A stretch of DNA of 64,000 nucleotides from Chamaesiphon sp. (GCA_965246715.1 CBDFFH010000044.1:32001-96000); one strand, 5' to 3'; counted from the first letter of the stretch, positions 8,793 to 20,075 are shown. Translations and numbers: made by a program. The notes: a model not told the origin generated them from the letters alone.

Positions 8793-11008
8793 GCAGAGAA
8801 ACGAACTGGAATTATCTGTGTAGGAGCGCAAACAGGCTTTAGTGGGGCAAAAAGATGGGAGGAAAAACAACCAGAAGTTGCTGATTCACTGAAAAAATTA
8901 GCAGAGTCACATTCGCAACAAGATCCAACATTTGCAACAACGATTGCGTATACACGATTAACAGCGGCAGAAGCCCTCAAACAATTAGCCCAACAGGGTT
9001 ATATGCCGGAGCAATTGCCATCGCTGAGTACGATGATAGAAGTTTTAAATCGAACGGGCTATCGGCTCAGAAAAGTAGTGAAAGCAAAGCCTCAAAAAAA
9101 ATTGCAGAAACCAACGATATCTTCGAGAACATCAACCAGCATCAAAAACAGTTAGAATCAAAGAGAATCAAACGATTAAGTATTGACTGCAAAGCGAAAG
9201 TCAATATTGGAAATTTAAGTAGAGGGGGGAAAACTAGAGGAGATAATCAAGCTAATGACCATGACATGGGCTGTGAAGAAAAATATATCCCATGTGGAAT
9301 CGTTGATGAAGATACTGGAGCTTTACAGATTAGTTTTGGTAGCTCTTATAAAACAAGTGATTTTATTGCAGACACATTACAGGACTGGTGGGACATACTT
9401 CTACTGGAACAGCAGCAGACGATCGAGAAGATCCAAATTAAGGTGGATAATGGCCCTGAAAGCAGTGGTGTGCGAACTCAGTTCTTAAAAAGAATGGTAG
9501 ACTTTTCAGATAAAATTGGTAAATCTATTCACCTAATCTATTATCCACCTTATCACAGCAAATATAATCCGATTGAAAGATGCTGGGGAGTTTTAGAAAA
9601 GCATTGGAATGGGGCAAAGTTATTAAATGTATCAGCCATGCTAGCATGGGCAGAGAGTATGACCTGGAAAGGATTGCATCCTATTATTCAATTAAATAGT
9701 AAGATTTATCAAAAAGGTATTTCACTCAATAAATCAGCAATGAAAGAAGTGGAAGAAAGATTAGAACGGAACCCACTACTCCCTAAATGGGACATTCTGA
9801 TCCGCCCTGCCTAACTGGTATGTTCTTTATCGGGAATCACCTAAAGTAACGCTATACACTGGGATTGGATTACAAGTATTTTCGTTGGTAATGCTATCTG
9901 GGCTAAATCCCAATTGGCCGCAATTTACAGCGGTACTGTTCGTAATGGCCGCGCAGGCTTGTTCTGGCATTGCCAAAGACCTCACCAAGATGAGTACCAA
10001 GAGCGCGATTCGCTTGGTTGTCCCTCAAGATGCTCAATCGTCATTGTTTAAGTGGGTGGCAATCCTGACGGGTTCAAAAAACGCTCTCAAAGGGGTGGGA
10101 TTTTTCGTCGGTAGTGCCTTACTTGCTTCCGTTGGGTTCATTCATTCGCTCTGGATGATGGCAGGGGCGCTATTCCTACTGATGTTCAGCGGGCTGATGT
10201 TGCCCAAAGGGATGGGGAAAATCAAGAAGAAGGTCAAATTCAGCCAACTCTTTTCTAAGAGTAAAGAAATTAATGTCCTTTCTGCGGCAAGATTCTTTCT
10301 CTTTGGTTCGCGAGATGTCTGGTTTGTGGTGGGTTTGCCTGTATTTTTAAGCAGTGTTCTCGGTTGGTCATTCGCTCAGGTGGGAGGATTTCTGGCAATT
10401 TGGGTAATTGCTTACGGCATCGTTCAATCTTCTGCCCCAGTCTTATTAAACCGCTTTGGTTCCGGTCGTCCGCCACAAGCCTCGACAATTCGGTTTTGGA
10501 CATTTACCCTCACTGCCATACCTGCTCTAATTGCGATCGGGTTACAACTTAATCTCGAACCTAATGCGGTAATCATTGTTGGATTAATGTTATTTGGACT
10601 AGTATTTGCCTTTAATTCCGCAGTCCATTCTTACTTAGTACTAGCATATACAGATGACGACAAAGTAGCCCTGAATGTGGGCTTTTATTACATGGCAAAC
10701 TCGGCTGGACGATTGGCAGGTACTGTTCTATCTGGAATCATTTACCAATCGTTTGGATTAGTTGGGTGTCTGTGGACTTCAACGCTATTTATCTTAGCGG
10801 CTGGGTTGGTGTCACTGAAGTTACCCGATCCTCAACCGAGTAAGGACATTGCATGGAAAGCAGGCGAAGGAGACTAAGACAATCTCTATGAATAAAAGTA
10901 CCCGAACCGTTAATTTCGACTTCGCTCAACCAACTGCTGGATCGAGAGTTGGGCGAAGTCGAAACTCGTCAACGGAGGTACATTGTCTCTCGGAGATCGC
11001 CTAAATAG

Positions 11009-12268
11009 ACTTACCTCTTGCACCAGTACATAAAAACTGGTGAAATCACCTACTAGGCGGGTCACCCGATTCGTGACAAGTTAAGGCGCAAGTGCATTGG
11101 TCAAGCAGGGTTGAGAGGAAGGCTCAAAAAAGAATAAGCCTTCCCTACTCACTCGATCTGGAAATGGGTCAATAATCAATTTCTTGAATGGTTTGCGGCT
11201 AGATTTAATAATTCCCAAATCTCGATTTTCAGGAGCTGCAAAATATTTAATCGGGTCAGTAGCTAAACCCTTATGATGAGCAACATAGAAATGATAGAGA
11301 CCACGATAGATCATCTCTAAAGAAATGCGGTCGAAAGGAAGAGACACTTCATCGGCAACAGCATCACCTAAATCAACCAACACAGCATAAAATAGCCAAG
11401 TCCCCCAGAGTTGTAATTTAATACCATTAAGTGAACCTGTCCAGATATAACTCAATCCTAATAAGCGTTTAACAGTATTAAATGCTTCTTCGATTCGCCA
11501 CCTTCTGCCATACAAATCGGCTCTTTCCAGCTAATTGATTTTTTGGCACCTCTGCTAGACTGTCTAATTTCCTGAATACTGCTTCTAATGTTGAACCGTC
11601 ACTAGCCCAAATTCTAGCAAATTTAGTTTGAGCAAATTGAATGCTTTCCGGTAGTGGTCTTTTGTTGCGGCTGTGCCATTTTTGCTCAAATTGAGGCAGT
11701 AATTCTTTGAATACTCGCTCAAATATTTCAGCGGGAAATGTCAGAAATCGCTGTGATAATGCTTGTTGGCTGCTGGACGGGTCTCCCGCCCAGCTGACTT
11801 GTGTTGGTTCGCACCAGAGAAATCCTTCTCTGGCTAGTATTCTGCTCAGTTCTGTGACTCCCGCTACGTCTCTCCAGATTAGTGTTAGCACTGCTGCTAC
11901 CATCAGCGGCAGGTTCACTATTCTATCCCTCATTCCGAGTTGGCGATAGTATTTCTCTTGTGCTAACACTGCTGGCGTGACTAGCTGTTCTAATTGTGCT
12001 GCTATTTCCTCATCTTCCATCATCGGGCGTTGCTTTCGCTTGGCGTGGTCACGATTTGTCGTCCGCTTTTTGGGCATGTGTTAAACTCGGTTCTAACTCT
12101 GCGCTAGTCAGAGTTTGACATCTTTTCTTTCTCTCCTTGACAAACCTCGGTTTTTCTTAACTTGTCACAAATCGGGTCACCCGCCCAGCACAAAACTTAC
12201 TCCTGAGTACTAAAGCTAGCCACTAGCCACTAGCCACTAGTAACTTTGTTTTGATGCAAGATGTGAGT
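11009..12268. repeat. ~110-bp dispersed repeat/MITE split by a hairpin and an IS4
   Basis: Ends ACTTACCTCTTGCA / TGCAAGATGTGAGT. The two halves rejoin to match the reverse complement of 25126-25221, including TAGCCAC heptamers. Confidence 0.75.
11067..12174 (-). mobile_element. IS4-family element with internally deleted transposase
   Basis: TIRs CGATTCGTGACAAGTTAAG / CTTAACTTGTCACAAATCG. Flanking direct repeat is GGTCACC (up to 11 bp, ambiguous because the target is palindromic). The N-part (DGSTLE) is fused out of frame to the C-part (YGRRWRIEEAF) near 11520. Confidence 0.85.
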
Positions 12269-12433
12269 AGAATCACTTATTTTCAGAACAGTCTAGATCG
12301 GCGCTCGAAAGCTGGATGTCGTCACGCTCACATAAAATCGATCGCTTCTACGATGTAAATGAATTGTTGCATAATTTATAGAACCCCCACCCAAGCTAAG
12401 ATTGATTAGCTACTAGGACTCGATCGACAACAT

Positions 12434-13777
12434 ATGCTCCAACTCAATCGCTATCAATGGACGGTATTATTCGCAGCTTGGCTAGGTTGGGGATTTGATA
12501 TTTTTGATGGATTGCTATTCAACTATGTCGCCCCTAATTGTATCCCCACGTTGCTGGGAATTCATCTGCCGATCGATCCGCAGAATGTCAAATTAATCCT
12601 GCAAGCCAAGCAACAAACTATTTATTGGAATGGCTTGATTACATCGCTCCTCCTGATCGGCTGGGCGGTTGGCGGCGTGATTTTTGGATATATTTGCGAT
12701 CGCATCGGGCGGACGAAAACACTCCTAATTACGATGCTATTTTATGCGATCGGGACGTTTTGTTGTGCCTTTGCGCCAAATATTGAAGTATTGGTATTCT
12801 GTCGGCTGGTTGCCAGTTTGGGGATCGGTGGCGAATGGGCGGCAGGTGCAGCGATGGTAGCGGAAGTCGTACCAGAGAAATCGCGAGTAGAAGCAGGCGC
12901 GTTGCTATATACTTCCGCCCCGATGGGTTTATTTCTTGCTAGCTTTGTTAACGACCAAATTGCTAGAGTCGCTATGCCGGGTAGTCCGGATACTTCCTGG
13001 CGATACGTGTTTTTATGTGGCTTAATTCCTGCGATCGTCGCCTTCATCATCCGCAGTTTTATCAAAGAACCTGAAGCCTGGGAATCGGAAGCAGCAAAGG
13101 GCAATCCACCGCAGATCGGTGAATTATTTAGCCCCGAAAATCGTCGAACTACACTCAGTGGCTTCCTAGTCGCGGTCATCGCTTTACTCACTTGGTGGAG
13201 CTGCAATGCCTTCATTCCGACGATCGCCTCGGAATTAGCTAAATTAAGCCTCAAAGCCCAGGGATTAACCGACATCAGGCAGATTCAAGTTAATATTGAA
13301 ACCTGGAAAACATCGATTACTTATGCTTTTAATGCTGGGGGACTGATCGGCACATTACTGACAATTCCTGCTGCTAAATACTTAGGTAGAAAATGGATGT
13401 TTGGGATTTATTTTGCATTATCTAGTGCTTCCTTAATTCTCGCCTTTGGATCGAAAATGCCTGCTGAATTGCAATTGTGGTCGTGGTTGTATTTTGCGAT
13501 CGGATTGACTGTATTTGGAATTTTTGGTGCGTTTACTTACTACTTACCCGAACTTTTCCCCACCCGCTTACGCGGTACGGGTTCTGGATTTTGCTATAAT
13601 GCTGGCAGGTTAATTACCGCGATCGGTCCATTTATCCTCGGCAGTGTTTCCGCAAAATCAGATAATCCCCTCCAAACAGCAATCCAATTGTTATTTTTTG
13701 TCGGATTTATTCCCCTTCTAGGTATTCTGGTAATGCCACTAGTCATCGAAACCAAGAACCGCAAATTAATCCAATGA
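12434..13777 (+). CDS. MFS transporter
   Basis: GYICDRIGRTK motif A, GIGGEWAAG and PELFPTRLRGTG; about 12 TM segments. Confidence 0.9.
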   Translation: MLQLNRYQWTVLFAAWLGWGFDIFDGLLFNYVAPNCIPTLLGIHLPIDPQNVKLILQAKQQTIYWNGLITSLLLIGWAVGGVIFGYICDRIGRTKTLLITMLFYAIGTFCCAFAPNIEVLVFCRLVASLGIGGEWAAGAAMVAEVVPEKSRVEAGALLYTSAPMGLFLASFVNDQIARVAMPGSPDTSWRYVFLCGLIPAIVAFIIRSFIKEPEAWESEAAKGNPPQIGELFSPENRRTTLSGFLVAVIALLTWWSCNAFIPTIASELAKLSLKAQGLTDIRQIQVNIETWKTSITYAFNAGGLIGTLLTIPAAKYLGRKWMFGIYFALSSASLILAFGSKMPAELQLWSWLYFAIGLTVFGIFGAFTYYLPELFPTRLRGTGSGFCYNAGRLITAIGPFILGSVSAKSDNPLQTAIQLLFFVGFIPLLGILVMPLVIETKNRKLIQ

Positions 13778-13968
13778 TCGGATCGATTTGATTCTCCTTG
13801 CGTATCGGTGGTGCGATCGAGTCAATAATGGCTGCGGGGAGGGTGGGTTTTGAATTAGACTTTTAGAACTAGTGAGATCGATTTGATAAATCCGCACTAA
13901 GATAAACATTCTCGATCCCCTCAACCCACCCCCAAGATACCTTACCTACCGAATAAAGATCTAAAGAT

Positions 13969-14925
13969 ATGCAGCTTTTCATCGATACTAATATTCTGCT
14001 ATCTTTCTACTCGCTCAATCAGGAAGATCTCGCTGAGCTACATAAACTGATCGACGCGATCGAAAGACAACAAATTACATTATTGCTGACAGATCAACTC
14101 ATCGATGAATTCAATCGCAATCGCGAGCAACGCATCGACGGGGCGATCAAATCCCTCCGCACCCAAACTTTTAATCCTCAATTTCCCCAGCTCTGTGAAG
14201 ACTATCCAGAAGTCGAACTTTTACGCGGCGCACTCAAGCAATACGAGCAAGCTCACGTTGCATTAACTAGCAAGATTTTGGTAGATATTAAAGCTAAAAA
14301 TCTTAAAGCCGATCGCATCATTCAGTCTTTATTTAGTTCTGGTAAAAAGCTAGCAGCTAATCTGAATATTCTCGATCGAGCGCGATTTAGAATGGGTGTC
14401 GGCAATCCCCCTGGTAAGAATAATTCACTAGGCGATGCGATTAATTGGGAGTGTCTGCTCGATGAGACTCCAGTTGGTGAAGATCTATTTTTCATTACTG
14501 GCGATAAAGATTATGCTTCGGCACTAAATGAAGAGGAATTTAGCGACTTCTTACTAAATGAATGGTACGATAAAAAGCAGACAAATATTCACTTCTATAA
14601 ACGTCTCTCTGGATTCTGTAAAGAGCAATTCCCTGAAATTGCGATTGCAAGTATCCGCGACAAAGAGTTTCTAATTAGAGATTTTGTCAATAGTCAGTCG
14701 ATTGCGGATACGCAAAAAGCGATCGCCAAATTGAGTTATTATCAAGAATTTAGTGCTGCACAAGTCAATACGATCGTCGCTGCAGCAATTTCCAATCGTC
14801 AGGTAGCTTGGTCGATCGAAGATGAAAGCGTAAGCAGCTTTATCTCATCAGTGGTAACAAATAACGAACAGTATCTAGATGCAGCTAGCCTCACTAGTAT
14901 TCAAAACTTATTAGGTAAATCATAA
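13969..14925 (+). CDS. PIN-domain nuclease (DUF4935/PIN_8-like)
   Basis: LFIDTNILL, GDAINWE and ITGDKDY acidic PIN motifs. Confidence 0.8.
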   Translation: MQLFIDTNILLSFYSLNQEDLAELHKLIDAIERQQITLLLTDQLIDEFNRNREQRIDGAIKSLRTQTFNPQFPQLCEDYPEVELLRGALKQYEQAHVALTSKILVDIKAKNLKADRIIQSLFSSGKKLAANLNILDRARFRMGVGNPPGKNNSLGDAINWECLLDETPVGEDLFFITGDKDYASALNEEEFSDFLLNEWYDKKQTNIHFYKRLSGFCKEQFPEIAIASIRDKEFLIRDFVNSQSIADTQKAIAKLSYYQEFSAAQVNTIVAAAISNRQVAWSIEDESVSSFISSVVTNNEQYLDAASLTSIQNLLGKS

Positions 14926-15535
14926 AATCAGCAACAAGTTCGATCGAGATTCTTGGCGCGCAGGAGCCAAAGCGCGATCGCCAGTTCATTCTCGTCGGAA
15001 CGCCAGCAGACCTCTCCGAGCGGCTCGGCGCGCTGCTCGCCAAGAATTACGATCTAACTAGTCCGAATGCTAACCTCAACTCGATCGATCTGGTATATCC
15101 CGGTTTAAAAACAGCAGGCGTGGGTGGATTGCAATTTATTGCAGCGATCGATCTCGTCCAACAGCAGATCGCGCGCGCAAATTTTTTGACTCCAACTCAA
15201 GATAAATACGTTCTCGAAAAGCTCGATTTGGCGATTCGGAGTTTGGGTCTAAATTTCAGGCGACAGGGAACTGTAGCCCAGAGCGCTGATGGCAATGTCA
15301 CAAATGTGGCATAGCCATTAATAATTAAATTGGCAAGCGCTGCCAATAATCTGCTCGGTAATGCCAAAAGACTCGATTCAGATCCAGCTATAATGCCAAG
15401 ACAATCAGAAATACCCGAACCTAGTTATCGCGAGCTACCCGCTCGCTAATGCTAGTCCTCAGCCGTTCGAGCGCGAACAGCTTGTCGGCACCAGCAAGCA
15501 TAACCTTCGGATTTATAGAGACTCAGGAGACGACA

Positions 15536-15853
15536 ATGGCAGTTAAACAACAATTTGCAAGTTTTGAAGAGGCAATCGCCAATAGCGAACAACCAATCCT
15601 CGTTGATTTTTATGCTACTTGGTGTGGCCCGTGCCAAATGATGTCCAAGATTTTGGAGCAAGTTAATCTTCAGCTTAATGGACAGATGCGGATTATCAAA
15701 ATCGATACCGATCGCTATCCACAAATCGCTTCGACGCATCAAATTCAGGCATTACCAACCTTAGTGCTATTTAAAAATGGCCAAGCGGTAGATCGGATTG
15801 AAGGGGTCTTACAAGCGCATCAACTAATCGATCGCGTGCGGCAATTTTTATAG
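15536..15853 (+). CDS. trxA: Thioredoxin (y-type-like)
   Basis: WCGPC active site; AGGAG RBS before ATG 15536. Confidence 0.9.
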   Translation: MAVKQQFASFEEAIANSEQPILVDFYATWCGPCQMMSKILEQVNLQLNGQMRIIKIDTDRYPQIASTHQIQALPTLVLFKNGQAVDRIEGVLQAHQLIDRVRQFL

Positions 15854-15889
15854 CAAATTTAGCAATAGTTTCGCTCGCTTGCTCACAAG

Positions 15890-15921
15890 AGGGATGTTAA
15901 TATTTAACATCCCTTTTTTTT
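15890..15921 (+). terminator. Rho-independent terminator after trx
   Basis: AGGGATGTTAA-TAT-TTAACATCCCT stem followed by a T-run. Confidence 0.8.
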
Positions 15922-15936
15922 CGATCTCCTGTTGGT

Positions 15937-16491
15937 ATGGCTAAATTCTATTCAGAACTCGATGCTAGTTTGTGTGAATTTATTCACCAACAGCATATCT
16001 TCTTTACAGCGACAGCACCGATAGCAGGGCGGATAAATCTCTCGCCCAAAGGGATTGATACCTTTCGCTGTCTGGATTTTCAGCGAGTAGCTTATTTAGA
16101 TCTCACCGGCAGTGGGAATGAAACCGCCGCGCATTTGTCGCAAAATGGGCGTATGACGGTGATGTTTTGTAGCTTTACCGATCGACCGTTGATTCTCCGG
16201 TTGTATGGTAGCGGTGAAGTAGTTTGGCCGCAGACACCAGACTGGGATAATCTAATCGATAGATTTCCCGATCTTCCTGGCAAACGGCAGTTAATTGTGG
16301 TAAATATAGAATCAGTTCAAACATCTTGTGGCTACGGAGTCCCACTTTATGAATTGCAGCAAGAACGCACGAATTTAATCGATTGGGCGAACAAAAAAGG
16401 TGTCGATGGAGTCAAATCATATCAACTCCAGAAAAATCACACCAGTATCGATGGATTAGATACCCATCTATCGGCAAATATCGATAACTAA
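15937..16491 (+). CDS. Pyridoxamine 5'-phosphate oxidase-like FMN-binding protein
   Basis: INLSPKG, YLDLTGSGNETAAH and VQTSCGYGVP motifs. Confidence 0.85.
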   Translation: MAKFYSELDASLCEFIHQQHIFFTATAPIAGRINLSPKGIDTFRCLDFQRVAYLDLTGSGNETAAHLSQNGRMTVMFCSFTDRPLILRLYGSGEVVWPQTPDWDNLIDRFPDLPGKRQLIVVNIESVQTSCGYGVPLYELQQERTNLIDWANKKGVDGVKSYQLQKNHTSIDGLDTHLSANIDN

Positions 16492-16618
16492 TAATCGATC
16501 GAGCGATAAATCCTAAATTGGAAGTTTGTCATCGTTCGCCCAGCGTCTCGGACCGAGAATCGAGGTAGCAACTCGATCCCGCTCATTTTCAACCAACTGA
16601 ATAACTGATAAAATCCTC

Positions 16619-18427
16619 ATGTTCGGCAAATATTCGCTTCTAGGAATTTTAGGTAGCATCCCGATCGCGTGTCTGATGATAGCACCGCTGGCCGCAGAAG
16701 GATCGCTATACATTTCCTATCCTCCCGCCGATTATCAAACTGCAACCGATCGAATATTTGTAATCGGGAGCGCGCCGAGTGAGGGTTATGTATCGATTAA
16801 TAATAAACCAGTGCCTCGAAGTAAGAAGGGACACTTTGCGTCTGTATTTAATCTCAAAGTCGGTAAAAATACCTTTGAGATCGATTATAAAAATCAGCAT
16901 AAAGCGATCGTCGTCACGAGAGCCGCCAGCGCGAAAGAGGCAGCACCTAAAAATAATTTTGTCCCGAATTCGCTCGAACCTCAAGGCGACATGGCACGGA
17001 TGCCCGGAGAATTAGTTTGCTTTGGCGCATCGGCACCGACTAAAGCCAGAGTCAATGTCAATATTTCTGGACAAGATATCAAATTACAAGAACAAAGTAA
17101 TGTTGTCGATCTGCCCGATAATAAAGCAGCACTGATCGATCGCAATCAACCGCAAGCAATGTATGGTGCGGGGCAATATTTAGGTTGTGCGATCGCTTCT
17201 GCGGCAGCTGATTTGGGCAATCCGACTTATAAACTCGAAGTCAATACCCCCACACCCACAACAGTCTCACAAGCAGCACCTGGAAAAGTCCAGATTTTAT
17301 CGCCTGTCAATCTCGATATCGCTGAAGTGAAAGTAGATAGCGGCATTACCCGAACGGGTGCGGGTTCGGATTTTAGTCGGCTCACTCCGCTACCGAAAGG
17401 CACCAAAGCCGCGATTACCGCCCGTCAGATGGGAAATAACAATGGTAAGCAGGCCAATTGGGTAAGACTCGATTATGGGGCGTGGATGCTTGCCGACCAG
17501 GTGCAGGTAACCACTGGCATCGGGGTACCGCCGAAAACGATCGTTAAAAGCGTCACTAGCCAAGAGCGTCCTGGCTCGACAGATGTGATTTTTCCCTTGC
17601 AAGTAGCCGTACCGCTGTCGCTCGATCGAGGGCAAAATACCTTCACGCTGACGCTGTACAATACCACCGCTCAAACAGATATCATCAAGTTCAATGATAA
17701 CCCGGTCGTATCGGGGCTAACTTGGAAGCAGACGGCTCCTGGAGTGGTTCAATATGTCTTCAACCTCAAATCCAAACAACAGTGGGGTTATAAGGTCAAA
17801 TACCAAGGTAGCAGCCTGGTATTGTCCCTACGCCATCCCCCGAAACTCGATCGATCGAATATCGATAAACCGCTGGCTGGGATGAAAATTTTGTTAGATC
17901 CCGGACATGGCGGTAAAGATTCGGGAGCACTAGGGCCGAATGGTTATGCCGAAAAAGATGCCAACCTCTATGCCTCGAAGCTCCTAGCCAACGAGCTGTC
18001 GATGCGTGGTGCCTCCGTCTATCTATCCCGCGAAGTAGATAAATTTATCGAATTAGACGATCGCAAGACCATCATCGATAACCTCGAACCGACGCTGGCG
18101 CTCTCTGTCCATCACAACTCGCTCCCCGACGGCGGCAATCCCGACACGAAAGGATTTTCCACCTTCTGGTATCATCCTCAAGCCCAAAGCTTGGCCATGT
18201 ATCTCCACAATTATGTGGTTAAAAGTACCGGTCGTCCTTCCTACGGCGTATTTTGGGATAATCTCGCCTTGGCGCGCCCCACATCCGCACCTTCGGTACT
18301 ACTAGAGTGGGGCTTCATGAGCAATCCCAGCGAATTCGAGCAAATCGCCAACCCACTAGAACAGCAGAAAATGGCAAAATCGATCGCCGAAGGAATTACG
18401 CAGTGGTTGGTATCCGCAGCAGATTAA
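16619..18427 (+). CDS. N-acetylmuramoyl-L-alanine amidase (Amidase_3)
   Basis: LDPGHGG, EK, SVHHNS and VLLEWGFMSN motifs; signal peptide. Confidence 0.9.
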   Translation: MFGKYSLLGILGSIPIACLMIAPLAAEGSLYISYPPADYQTATDRIFVIGSAPSEGYVSINNKPVPRSKKGHFASVFNLKVGKNTFEIDYKNQHKAIVVTRAASAKEAAPKNNFVPNSLEPQGDMARMPGELVCFGASAPTKARVNVNISGQDIKLQEQSNVVDLPDNKAALIDRNQPQAMYGAGQYLGCAIASAAADLGNPTYKLEVNTPTPTTVSQAAPGKVQILSPVNLDIAEVKVDSGITRTGAGSDFSRLTPLPKGTKAAITARQMGNNNGKQANWVRLDYGAWMLADQVQVTTGIGVPPKTIVKSVTSQERPGSTDVIFPLQVAVPLSLDRGQNTFTLTLYNTTAQTDIIKFNDNPVVSGLTWKQTAPGVVQYVFNLKSKQQWGYKVKYQGSSLVLSLRHPPKLDRSNIDKPLAGMKILLDPGHGGKDSGALGPNGYAEKDANLYASKLLANELSMRGASVYLSREVDKFIELDDRKTIIDNLEPTLALSVHHNSLPDGGNPDTKGFSTFWYHPQAQSLAMYLHNYVVKSTGRPSYGVFWDNLALARPTSAPSVLLEWGFMSNPSEFEQIANPLEQQKMAKSIAEGITQWLVSAAD

Positions 18428-18674
18428 ATAACGATCTTGCCGAAACTTCCTGTTCGCACATGCCGATTACCTTCAGGTTCGAGTTCGTAACCTAATTCAG
18501 CAAAGCCGCAAATTCATCACGTTGAAACCGAGTCATCAACGATTTGGGATTGACGATGATGGCTATTTTCAGTGCGATCGTGTTGCGAACCCGACGCTTG
18601 TTTACAGAGGCTTAGTCAACGACCCAGCAACCTTTTCGTTTAAAATGACGATCGCACCAACCTCTCACTACGGC

Positions 18675-20075
18675 ATGACAATGGATAACTACCGGATCGA
18701 AAAAGACTCGATGGGCGAACGTCAAATCCCAGCAGCTGCCTATTATGGAATTCAAACTCTGCGCGCGATCGAGAATTTCCCGATTAGTGGGTTGAAGCCA
18801 TTGGCTACCTATGTTGATGCCTGTATCTTAATCAAAAAGGCAGCGGCAATTGCCAATGGGGAATTGGGGTGTATCACTCCCGAACTCAGTCAATCGATAG
18901 TCACAGCAGCGGATGAAGTGTTGCAAGGGAAATTACGCGAGCAGTTTGTGGTGGATATCTATCAAGCTGGTGCCGGAACTTCGCACCACATGAACGTAAA
19001 TGAGGTTTTAGCCAACCGTGCGCTGGAATTGTTGGGGGATGTCAAGGGAAATTATCAGCGTGTCAGTCCCAACGATCATGTAAATTACGGTCAGTCTACC
19101 AATGATGTGATTCCTACCGCAATTCGGGTGGGGGGATTGTTGGCACTGACACATACTTTATTTCCCGCGCTCGATAGTGCGATCGCCGCGTTGGACAAAA
19201 AGGCGGTAGAATTTCACTCGATCGTCAAATCGGGACGCACTCACATGCAAGATGCCGTGCCCGTACGGTTGGGGGATAGTTTTGGGGCATTCGCGCAGAT
19301 TTTACGCGAACATCGAGAGCGGATTTCGGCAGCAGCGGGGGATTTGACACGGTTGGGTTTGGGTGGAAGTGCAGCGGGGACGGGGATGAATACACATCCG
19401 GAATATCGATCGCAAGTCGCCCAGATTTTGGGAGAATTAATCGGGCAACCGCTGACAGTCGCGCCACATCTGATGGCAGCGATGCAGAGTATGGCACCGT
19501 TTGTTAATGTGTCTGGCGGCTTGCGAAATCTCGCCGCAGACTGTGTGAAAATCTCTCACGACCTGCGCTTAATGGACTCGGGGCCAAAAACGGGGTTAAA
19601 AGAAATTCAACTGCCTCCCGTCCAACCTGGCTCGTCGATCATGCCAGGAAAATACAATCCCGTAATGGCGGAAATGATGTCGATGGTGTGTTTTCAGGTG
19701 ATGGGATACGATCGATCGATCGAGATGTGCGCCCAAGCGGGACAATTGGAATTAAATGTGATGATGCCGTTGATTGCCTACGATCTGATTCAGAGTATCG
19801 AGATTTTGGGTAAGGCGATTCAAGCTTTTACCGATAACTGTATCGTGGGGATTACGGCAAATGAAGCGCGGTGTCGGGATTATGCAGAGGGGAGCTTGGC
19901 GCTGGTAACGGCGTTGAATACCCACATCGGTTATCTAAATGCAGCAAATGTGGCAAAGGAGTCGTTGGTTACGGGTAAGTCGCTGCGGCAAATCGTCTTA
20001 GAGCAGGGGCTGATGGAGCCGGAGTTATTGGCACAGGTGTTGGATTTGGAAGGGATGAGTGAATTACCTAATTGA
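18675..20075 (+). CDS. aspA: Aspartate ammonia-lyase / fumarase-family lyase
   Basis: RIEKDSMG, GRTHMQDA and GSSIMPGKYNP motifs; start trimmed to MTMDNY. Confidence 0.85.
   Translation: MTMDNYRIEKDSMGERQIPAAAYYGIQTLRAIENFPISGLKPLATYVDACILIKKAAAIANGELGCITPELSQSIVTAADEVLQGKLREQFVVDIYQAGAGTSHHMNVNEVLANRALELLGDVKGNYQRVSPNDHVNYGQSTNDVIPTAIRVGGLLALTHTLFPALDSAIAALDKKAVEFHSIVKSGRTHMQDAVPVRLGDSFGAFAQILREHRERISAAAGDLTRLGLGGSAAGTGMNTHPEYRSQVAQILGELIGQPLTVAPHLMAAMQSMAPFVNVSGGLRNLAADCVKISHDLRLMDSGPKTGLKEIQLPPVQPGSSIMPGKYNPVMAEMMSMVCFQVMGYDRSIEMCAQAGQLELNVMMPLIAYDLIQSIEILGKAIQAFTDNCIVGITANEARCRDYAEGSLALVTALNTHIGYLNAANVAKESLVTGKSLRQIVLEQGLMEPELLAQVLDLEGMSELPN

Larger units (their letters stand above)
7028..9841 (+). 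mobile_element. ISAzo13-family IS inserted in arsJ, itself interrupted by ISAs1
   Basis: TIRs GGTGATTCCCGATAAA / TTTATCGGGAATCACC; 3-bp TSD TAA (7025-7027, 9842-9844); transposase pieces 7103-7304, 8793-9101 and 9101-9814 (DNGPES, YYPPYHSKYNPIERCW). Confidence 0.9.
6792..10877 (+). pseudogene. arsJ: Organoarsenical efflux MFS transporter ArsJ, interrupted by nested IS elements
   Basis: 6792-7027 (NYILVTLAYWGFTITDGALR) joins 9845-10877 in frame (QFGLK-VTLYTGIGLQ), giving 422 aa once the IS and one TAA copy are removed. Confidence 0.92.

Noticed and set aside
15120..15314. 64-aa ORF upstream of thioredoxin
   Set aside because: No RBS or recognisable motif, so I cannot support it as a gene.
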